Shown: positions 25,608-32,000 of the stretch, one piece after another
How positions within the stretch are numbered: the stretch's first letter is position 1
How the letters are laid out: each line of letters begins with the position of its first letter
From: Mycobacterium bourgelatii
GTDB lineage: Bacteria > Actinomycetota > Actinomycetes > Mycobacteriales > Mycobacteriaceae
NCBI RefSeq assembly: GCF_010723575.1
Contig: NZ_BLKZ01000001.1
Location: 1,165,416 to 1,197,415, forward strand
Direction: 5' to 3'
DNA length: 32,000 nt
Program-made: the position numbers and the translations under genes
Notes under the pieces: generated by a model
Told to the model about the DNA's origin: nothing
Seen by the model: the letters and a program-made list of their open reading frames with translations, nothing else
Databases searched by the model: none

Positions 25608-27104
25608 CTAGTCGGGTTCGCCGTACTCGTCGAACCAGTACGCGAGCTTGCCCCGTCTGCTCACCGCACGAAGTCTCGATTCGGTGGCCGTGCGCGTCTT
25701 GCTGGTCGTGACGATCAACAATTCATCGCCGGCCTGAATGCGCGTGTCGGGCATCGGGACAAAGGTATGGCCCTTGCGGATGATCAGCGTGATCACCGCG
25801 GGGTCGGGCAATCGCAGCTCGACGATGGTGACGTTGTGCAACCGCGACTCTGGCTGCACCGTCATGGTCAGCAGTTCGGCGTCGAGCACGTCGAGAGGTG
25901 CCGCTTCGACCTGAATCTCGCGCGTCGTTTCGCGCGTGATTAGTCCCAACCTCTGCGCGATGGGGCGCAGGCTCGGGGCCTGTATGACGGTGAAGACCAG
26001 CACCAGCATGAAAACGATGTTGAGCAGGCGGTAACTATCGGCAACGCCCGCGACCACCGGGAAGGTGGCCAACACAATCGGGACCGCGCCTCGCAACCCG
26101 GCCCACGATAGAAACGCCTGCTCCCGCCAGGGAATGCGGAACCAGAGCAGAGATGCCACCACCGACAGAGGCCGCGCGACCAGCAGCAGCAGCAGGCCGA
26201 TCACCACCGCCGGGATCGCGTCATGCGCCACTTCGCTCGGGTCCACGAGGAGCCCCAGCAGCACGAACAACCCGATCTGCGCCAGCCAGCCGACCCCCTC
26301 CGCGAAGGACCTGGTCGCGGCTCGGTGGGGTAGTCCGGAGTTTGCCAGGACCACCGAGGCCAGGTACGCGGCGATGAATCCACTGGCCTGGCTCTCACCG
26401 GCTGCCGAGAACGCGACCAGCCCCAACCCGAAGGTCGAAACCGGATACAAACCGGACGCCGGCAGTGCGATGCGGCGCAGCGCTATCGCGCCGAGGTAAC
26501 CGATCGCCAGTCCGAGCGCGCCGCCGACGGCGAGCTGGAAAAGCAGATCAAGGATCGCCCCCTCCGGCTCGAACACGAAGGGCACGGAGCTGAACATGAG
26601 CACCAGAATCACGGCGGGTGCGTCGTTGAACCCGGATTCGGCCTCCAGCAGCCCGGCTATGCGCCGGGGCAGGGGGAGCACTCTCAGGACCGAGAACACC
26701 GCCGCGGCGTCGGTAGAGCACACGATGGCGCCCAGCAACAGCGAGACTTGCCAGTCGATGCCCAACAAGAAATGCGTCCCGACCGCGGTCACCGCCATGC
26801 TGATGACGACGCCGACGGTGGCCAACGAAACCGCCGGGGCCAGCACCGAACGAATGTCGGAAAACTGGGTGGTCAGGCCGCCTTCGATGAGGATCAGCGC
26901 CAGAGCGGCCGTCCCCACATTCCGCGCCAGCTGCACGTCGTCGAACTGCACGCCGAGCCCGTCTTCGCCGACAGCAACACCGACCAGCAGGAACAGCAGC
27001 ATGCTGGGAAACCCGATACGGGTCGCCAAGCGGGTACCCACGATGCTGGCAAGCAGCACGAGGCCACCGATCAGCATGGCTAGGTACAGCTGCGGCAAGC
27101 TCAC
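25608..27104 (-). CDS. K+/H+ (monovalent cation:proton) antiporter, CPA1/NhaP2-CvrA type, with a C-terminal RCK_C (TrkA-C) domain
   Basis: 498 aa with ~12 hydrophobic segments and the conserved antiporter block STDAAAVFSVL...ESGFNDAPAVILV. The C-terminal soluble domain reads ...VTIVELRLPDPAVITLIIRKGHTFVPMPDTRIQAGDELLIVT. GTG start at 27104. Confidence 0.88.
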   Translation of the reverse strand: MSLPQLYLAMLIGGLVLLASIVGTRLATRIGFPSMLLFLLVGVAVGEDGLGVQFDDVQLARNVGTAALALILIEGGLTTQFSDIRSVLAPAVSLATVGVVISMAVTAVGTHFLLGIDWQVSLLLGAIVCSTDAAAVFSVLRVLPLPRRIAGLLEAESGFNDAPAVILVLMFSSVPFVFEPEGAILDLLFQLAVGGALGLAIGYLGAIALRRIALPASGLYPVSTFGLGLVAFSAAGESQASGFIAAYLASVVLANSGLPHRAATRSFAEGVGWLAQIGLFVLLGLLVDPSEVAHDAIPAVVIGLLLLLVARPLSVVASLLWFRIPWREQAFLSWAGLRGAVPIVLATFPVVAGVADSYRLLNIVFMLVLVFTVIQAPSLRPIAQRLGLITRETTREIQVEAAPLDVLDAELLTMTVQPESRLHNVTIVELRLPDPAVITLIIRKGHTFVPMPDTRIQAGDELLIVTTSKTRTATESRLRAVSRRGKLAYWFDEYGEPD

Positions 27105-27257
27105 TTCAAATCCCGTCTCAACCCGTCTCAGATGTGCTCGGCGGTGGGCGGTGACTCGGCACCAGGAAATGCTCGCCTGTTAGTAAATCAGTACTGGCGG
27201 CACGGTGCGCGCGGTGCAGGCCGGATGAGCCAAGATGTCTTAGTGGTAAAGCGGAAG

Positions 27258-27956
27258 ATGCGGATCGTCGTAGTGGGCGCCGGTAACGTTGGCCGGTCTG
27301 TCGCCCGCGAGTTGCTGGACAACGGTCACAAGATCTTGCTGATCGAGCGTCAGCGCAGCAACTTCGAGCCGAACACCGTCCCTGAAGCGGACTGGTTGAA
27401 CGCCGACGCCTGCGAATTGTCGTCATTGCAGGAGGCGGGCATCCAGACGTGCGACGTCCTGATCGCGGCCACGGGTGACGACAAGGCGAATCTCGTGGTG
27501 GGTTTGCTGGCCAAGACCGAGTTCGGGGTGCCCCGGGTGGTGGCGAGGATCAACGACCTGCGGAACGAGTGGCTGTTCAGCCAGTCGTGGGGTATCGACG
27601 TGGCGGTTTCGGCCCCGGGCGCGATGGTCGCCGGGATCGAGGGCGCCATTGACGTGGGTCACCTGGTGCGGTTGATGGGGCTGCGAGAAGGGCTTGCCGC
27701 GCTGACCAAGCTCACGCTGCCTGAAGACAATCCGCTGGTCGGGCAGCGCGTGGGTGAGTTGCACCTGCCGAAGAACACGGCCTTGGTCACGATTCTTCGG
27801 GGTGACGGTGTGATTGTCGCCAAGCCCGATGACGTCTTGGCGGCCGGCGACGAGTTGCTGTTCGTCGCCGATAACTCGATGGAGCCCTCAATCCAATCCG
27901 CCATCAGCGCGCACCCGCGCGTGGTGCCCCGGTCCTGGACCGGCGGGCTCGCGTGA
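27258..27956 (+). CDS. trkA: TrkA-family K+ transport regulatory protein (RCK_N + RCK_C), CeoB/CeoC-like, 232 aa from the ATG at 27258
   Basis: MRIVVVGAGNVGRSVARELLDNGHKILLIERQ is an N-terminal Rossmann GxGxxG fold. DVLIAATGDDKANLV follows, and the C-terminal RCK_C reads LTKLTLPEDNPLVGQRVGELHLPKNTALVTILRGDGVIVAKPDDVLAAGDELLFV. The track ORF (27132) adds 42 implausible N-terminal codons. Confidence 0.85.
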   Translation: MRIVVVGAGNVGRSVARELLDNGHKILLIERQRSNFEPNTVPEADWLNADACELSSLQEAGIQTCDVLIAATGDDKANLVVGLLAKTEFGVPRVVARINDLRNEWLFSQSWGIDVAVSAPGAMVAGIEGAIDVGHLVRLMGLREGLAALTKLTLPEDNPLVGQRVGELHLPKNTALVTILRGDGVIVAKPDDVLAAGDELLFVADNSMEPSIQSAISAHPRVVPRSWTGGLA

Positions 27957-28057
27957 GCTGTCCGGAGCCAGCCGTAGGACGGTCGCGCTGCTCCGCGAGA
28001 TGTTCGAGAAGATGGTGGTGGCCAAAAACGCCGAGGTAGTCCTCATCGCACAAGGCT

Positions 28058-29500
28058 TCACCTCAAGCGGCGCATCAACTCCGCCGCGGCGGATCTTCCG
28101 CTGAGCAGCGCGCCGTGCACGTCGCCGGGATTGTCCACGGTGACAGCCTCGCCGGCGAGGTAGAGGCGATCGCCGATCGGTTCCTGAAGCCGACGGCGGT
28201 CGTCAAGGCCGGAACCGGGCGCGTGAAACGAGTAGCAGCCCAGCGCGTAAGGATCGGTGGTCCAACGCGACGACATGACCTGCACCGGTGCGACATCGCT
28301 GCCGAAGAGCTGTCGAGCAATGGGCAGCGCGTTCGTCATCACTTCACCCGGCGTGGCGTTCTCGACCCATCGACCGCGGTGACCGGCATTGAATGCCAAC
28401 ACAATTGGCCCCGCAGCGGCGGGCAACGTGAACCACTGCGTCCACATTCCGTCGTCGGAGCCCAGGTAATGGAAGAAGGCGTTTTCCTCATCCCAGGTCC
28501 GTCGATCGAAGCGGAAAAAGCTCTTGGACAGCGCGCCGAACCCTAGGGCGTGCACGGCACGGAGGTGTTGGTCGGGAAGGGGTGGGTCGAAGGCGATGGC
28601 CCCTGACTTCAGGACGCCGAGCGGGGCCGTGACAATGGCGGCACGTCCCTCGAATGACCGGTCGCCGGCCCGTACGGTGACGGAAGTGCCCCGTCGGACC
28701 ACCGCGGTGACGACGGTATTCAGCTCGATCTGCAGCCCGTCGGCGAGCAGTCGCGGTATGGCGTCGTAGCCGCTGGTAATGACGACCTGCGGGCCGCTGG
28801 TGAAGTTGCCCTGATCAAAAGTGTTGGCTGACAGCTGATCCGCGTCAGCGGCGTATTCCTCCTCAATTTCGGAGTTGACGTAGAAAGCCAACTCGGCGCG
28901 TTCGGTGGTGGTCAGCTCTTCGCGGTTGGCCGCGGCTTTGACGGCCGCCGCCACCGTCCCGCCGTCGACTTCCGCGCATGCGTCGCTGACGAATTGTCGC
29001 CAGACCTTGTTGTCGTAGTTGACCCCTGACAGCCGCGGGTCGATCGCCAACTTCGCCGATTCGTAGTAGGCGGTCGGAACCCGTTGCGCCCGAGCCCGTT
29101 CGGCGAGTTCGTTCAATGGATTGTCGGTGGTGCCATGAATCCACGACGCTCCCAGCTCCAGCGGCGTGCCCCAGTCGCGGTTTGTATGGATCCGCCCCCC
29201 AATTCGACTGCGGGCTTCGATCAACCGCACCGGCCAGCCCGCATCGGCCAGGCTGCGCGCGGCGGCCAGACCCGCCACACCTGCGCCGACTATCAGCGCC
29301 GACTCGTTTCCCGCCGGGATCGGCTCGCCGGCGTGGTGATCGGGCGCGGCGCAGCCGGCCGAAAGTGCGGCGCTGCCGCCCACCGCCGCCGTTGTCAAAA
29401 ACTCCCGACGGGATATCGGGGCCACGGCAGCCAGCGTCTCATATTTCATCCTGAGCGCGGGCGATGGCGTAACGTCGGAATCGAGCTGTTTTGTTTTCAA
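28058..29500 (-). CDS. FAD-dependent amine oxidase (flavin monoamine/polyamine oxidase family) with a twin-arginine signal peptide
   Basis: The Tat motif ISRREFLTTAAVGGSAALSAGC precedes the dinucleotide-binding fold ALIVGAGVAGLAAARSLADAGWPVRLIEARSRIGGRI and the C-terminal FAD block LYLAGEA. TTG start at 29500 with GAGGA 6 nt upstream; an alternative ATG lies at 29449. Confidence 0.85.
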   Translation of the reverse strand: MKTKQLDSDVTPSPALRMKYETLAAVAPISRREFLTTAAVGGSAALSAGCAAPDHHAGEPIPAGNESALIVGAGVAGLAAARSLADAGWPVRLIEARSRIGGRIHTNRDWGTPLELGASWIHGTTDNPLNELAERARAQRVPTAYYESAKLAIDPRLSGVNYDNKVWRQFVSDACAEVDGGTVAAAVKAAANREELTTTERAELAFYVNSEIEEEYAADADQLSANTFDQGNFTSGPQVVITSGYDAIPRLLADGLQIELNTVVTAVVRRGTSVTVRAGDRSFEGRAAIVTAPLGVLKSGAIAFDPPLPDQHLRAVHALGFGALSKSFFRFDRRTWDEENAFFHYLGSDDGMWTQWFTLPAAAGPIVLAFNAGHRGRWVENATPGEVMTNALPIARQLFGSDVAPVQVMSSRWTTDPYALGCYSFHAPGSGLDDRRRLQEPIGDRLYLAGEAVTVDNPGDVHGALLSGRSAAAELMRRLR

Positions 29501-29585
29501 CCGTTGTCCTCACGCATGACCAGCGCGAGCAGATCGACAGGCAATACGACTCCGCCGTCCTACACCCGTAGGCGGTCGATTTCGA

Positions 29586-30089
29586 GTGCGAGGGGCCCGG
29601 CGCGTGGATCGGAACACAGTGACGGTTCGGGTGACGCTGGCTTCAACGCTCGGACGTCACATCGATGGCGCCTGGTGGCCACGAAGCGCTGCCATTGGAC
29701 GGGAACTTCCCCAGCTGGTCACGCTCTTGGGCGCACGTCTGGGGGAGATCGTCGACATCCAGGTCGGTTGGTCGGCGTCGCAGGCCCCACCAAGGTTGGA
29801 TGTGCCCGGTTGGGAAGGCATGCAGCAGCACGTGCTGACCATCACTGGCCGCGACGCCAGCGCCAATCTGCTGATAGTCCCTCATCGGACCGGTACCGCT
29901 TTGGCCGTGATGGTGCTTCGGGTCGCGGCCGGATTGCCGATTTCCCCGTCGCACCTTGACACGCACGCCTGTCGCACCGCCAACGCCGTCGTGCACGCCG
30001 CCCGCATTCAACGTGAACTGCACGTGGGGCGGCTGGCCAACGTCCCGGCGGACGCCGCGTCCTCGACCCCGAAAGTCACAGGGCTATAA
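29586..30089 (+). CDS. DUF5994-family conserved hypothetical protein
   Basis: 167-aa ORF with the hallmark DGAWWPRS motif followed by ELPQLVTLLGARLGEIVDIQV. As I recall, this is characteristic of the actinobacterial DUF5994 family. GTG start; the exact start is uncertain. Confidence 0.7.
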   Translation: MRGARRVDRNTVTVRVTLASTLGRHIDGAWWPRSAAIGRELPQLVTLLGARLGEIVDIQVGWSASQAPPRLDVPGWEGMQQHVLTITGRDASANLLIVPHRTGTALAVMVLRVAAGLPISPSHLDTHACRTANAVVHAARIQRELHVGRLANVPADAASSTPKVTGL

Positions 30090-30194
30090 CAGACTCGGTG
30101 TCGCCGCACCTACCCGTCTCGCATCTCTTTACGTTCAGGTAAAGTCGGCGATCCAGAGTGCGGCAACGAGGCCGCGTTCAAAAGGGGAGCGGCG

Positions 30195-31166
30195 ATGAAT
30201 GCTCGGATGTCCCAGGTCAGTGTTTCGTGTCCGGCGCCGGATGCATTGCCGCCCAGTCAGACCCTGAAGGTCCGCGCTGCGGATGGTACCCAGCTCCACA
30301 CCCAGGTGTTCGGCCCCGCCGACGGATACCCGATCGTATTGACCCACGGAATCGTGTGCGCTTCCCGGGCCTGGGCCCACCAGATCGCCGACTTGTCGTC
30401 CGAATACCGGGTGATCGCGTTCGACCACCGCGGTCACGGCCAAAGCAGCATTCCGCGAAAGGGCAGCTACACCCTCAAACACCTTGCGTCCGACCTGGAT
30501 TGCGTGCTTGACGCAACGTTGGCTCCGCACGAGCGCGCGGTGATCGCCGGACATTCGATGGGCGGAATCACGATCGCCGCCTGGTCGCACCGCTACCGCC
30601 ACAAGGTGCCCCGGCGTGCCGACGCCGTCGCAATGATCAACACCACCACCGGGGATCTGCTGCGCCAGTTGAAACTGCTGCCGGTGCCGCGCGGGTTGTC
30701 ACCAGCGCGGGTCCTGGCCGGTCGCAAGCTGATCAGCACTTTTGGTGGTATCCCGATCCCGGGAGCGGTCCGGATTCCGACGCGCTACCTGATCGCGATG
30801 ATGGCCGTCGCCGCCGACGCCGAAAAGAGCGCGGCGCAGTTGGTCTATGAGTTGTTCGCCGAGACCTCGGCCGCCGGGCGCGGTGGTTGCGCGAAGATGC
30901 TCGTCGAAGAGCTGGGCACGGGCTACTTGAACCTGGAAGGCTTGACAGTGCCGACGCTGGTCATCGGCAGCCAGCGGGATCGGCTCACCCCGATCGCCGC
31001 AGCGCGGCACATCGCCAAGACCGCCCCCAACGTCATCGACTTGGTCGAGTTGCCCGGTGGCCACTGCTCGATGTTGGAACAGCCACATGAGGTGAATCGC
31101 CACCTGCGTGCCCTAGCACAGATGTCGGCGACCCGGCACGGTTCGGTCCACCGGATCAGCTCATAA
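30195..31166 (+). CDS. alpha/beta-fold hydrolase
   Basis: 323 aa with PIVLTHGIV (oxyanion region), nucleophile elbow GHSMGG, a late Asp (GSQRDRL) and a His (GGHCSMLEQP). GGGGAG lies 6 nt upstream of the ATG. Confidence 0.85.
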   Translation: MNARMSQVSVSCPAPDALPPSQTLKVRAADGTQLHTQVFGPADGYPIVLTHGIVCASRAWAHQIADLSSEYRVIAFDHRGHGQSSIPRKGSYTLKHLASDLDCVLDATLAPHERAVIAGHSMGGITIAAWSHRYRHKVPRRADAVAMINTTTGDLLRQLKLLPVPRGLSPARVLAGRKLISTFGGIPIPGAVRIPTRYLIAMMAVAADAEKSAAQLVYELFAETSAAGRGGCAKMLVEELGTGYLNLEGLTVPTLVIGSQRDRLTPIAAARHIAKTAPNVIDLVELPGGHCSMLEQPHEVNRHLRALAQMSATRHGSVHRISS

Positions 31167-31172
31167 CAGGGC

Positions 31173-32000
31173 TTATAGCAAGGCGCTGACCGCGCCGGCC
31201 GCCCGCTGACCGGACCGGACCGCACCGTCAAAGTATCCGGTCCATTCGTCCGCGGTTTCCGTCCCAGCCCAATGGATGGGCCCGACGGGTGCGCGCAGCC
31301 ACCGGCCGTATCTGGTCCAAGACCCCGGCGGTACCGCCGCGGTCGGCCCGCCCGGCGCGAATTCCTCAGTGCCCCAGCGTTGGTCGGCATAGTCGAGCGG
31401 GGTCAGCGCCTCGTCGCCGAACACCGCGGCAAAGCAGCGCAACGCCTCACGTCGGCGCTGCTCGGCGGGAAGCGAGTCGAAGGTGCGCGAGTCGACGAAT
31501 CCCAGCAAGAGGCCGGGCCCGTCGTCGTGCGGGCTGAGGTCGAAGGTGATGAACACCGGGCCCTGGTCGGACAGGGTCTGACCGGAGTAACCATTGGAAC
31601 GCCAGAACGGCTTTTGGTACGCGGCGTAGGCCTTGCTCAACCGACCCTGCGGCCAGTTCTTGGCGAGCTGGTCGTACTCCGGTGGGAGCGGGGGACTGAA
31701 CTCGATGGCGGCGCGGTGCGCCGGGGGGATCGCGACGATGACGAAGCCCGCCTCGGCCTGGCCTCGATCGGTCGTGATCGTCACGCCGGCTCCGTGCCGC
31801 TCGATGCGCCGGACCGGTGCGTTGAGCACGACACGGTCGCCGAGTTCGGCCGCCATGGCGAGGGGGATCTGCTGCGTGCCGCCCGGGAAGTGGTCCTGCT
31901 GCGCGCCGTTTTCGGTGTCGAGCAACCGGTCCAGTCCACCGGCGGCGCGGATGTAGCGCGCGGCGTGCAGCATCGACACATCCTCGGGCTCGCAGCCCCA
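31173..32000 (-). CDS. flavin-containing monoamine oxidase (AofH/MAO-like), C-terminal ~275 codons; the N-terminus lies beyond the right window edge
   Basis: The frame stays open to position 32000. It reads [22 protein letters not shown]..., matching the MAO-family EPxxVS..L...Y....GG block, and ends with [25 protein letters not shown], the C-terminal FAD-binding motif. The GTG at 31979 used by the ORF track is internal. Confidence 0.85.
   Translation of the reverse strand, partial: WGCEPEDVSMLHAARYIRAAGGLDRLLDTENGAQQDHFPGGTQQIPLAMAAELGDRVVLNAPVRRIERHGAGVTITTDRGQAEAGFVIVAIPPAHRAAIEFSPPLPPEYDQLAKNWPQGRLSKAYAAYQKPFWRSNGYSGQTLSDQGPVFITFDLSPHDDGPGLLLGFVDSRTFDSLPAEQRRREALRCFAAVFGDEALTPLDYADQRWGTEEFAPGGPTAAVPPGSWTRYGRWLRAPVGPIHWAGTETADEWTGYFDGAVRSGQRAAGAVSALL

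Noticed and set aside
27105-27257. Possible c-di-AMP (ydaO-type) or other riboswitch in the antiporter/trkA divergent region
   Set aside because: The region is only 153 bp and is shared by two promoters. I could not find the conserved ydaO-type sequence blocks by eye. A covariance-model scan would be needed, so I make no claim.

Overview
This is a GC-rich mycobacterial chromosome segment from a slow-growing lineage with expanded PE/PPE families. The species cannot be fixed without a database search. About 44% of the window (~14.2 kb) encodes four PE/PPE proteins. These are a 552-aa PE_PGRS (1420-3078, -), a 174-aa PE with a non-PGRS tail (7512-8036, +), a 1828-aa PPE_MPTR (18324-23810, -) and, 46 nt downstream of it, a 2163-aa PE_PGRS (11786-18277, -). 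The left edge holds a truncated rtcB, which is absent from the ORF track. It is divergent from an initiator tRNA-Met that has an intrinsic terminator. The remaining genes are two alpha/beta hydrolases, an orphan SigF-like sigma factor with a SigF-type promoter motif, an IS1380-family element, a 480-aa orphan protein, a cytochrome P450, a small lipoprotein, a stand-alone cysA ATPase, a divergent K+/H+ antiporter and TrkA pair, a Tat-signal FAD amine oxidase, a DUF5994 protein and a second, truncated amine oxidase. The IS has recognisable ends and a 4-bp duplication, but its transposase is broken by at least 7 frameshifts. I saw no rRNA, CRISPR array, prophage, toxin-antitoxin pair or recognisable defence module, and I cannot point to a clearly novel multi-gene system. 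The items most worth a second look are these: (1) the PPE_MPTR > PE_PGRS > lipoprotein co-directional block; (2) the ordered ~90-100-aa super-repeat in the giant, Asn/His-rich PE_PGRS; (3) the orphan SigF paralog; (4) the PE protein with a 50%-GC helical tail, 37 nt downstream of the IS end; (5) the uncharacterised 480-aa protein; (6) cysA without its permease genes, behind a 714-bp gene-free region that holds an AT-rich island with two palindromes; (7) two orphan PGRS coding relics. Many long ORFs in the supplied track are alternate-frame shadows typical of high-GC and GGX-repeat DNA, and I rejected them.
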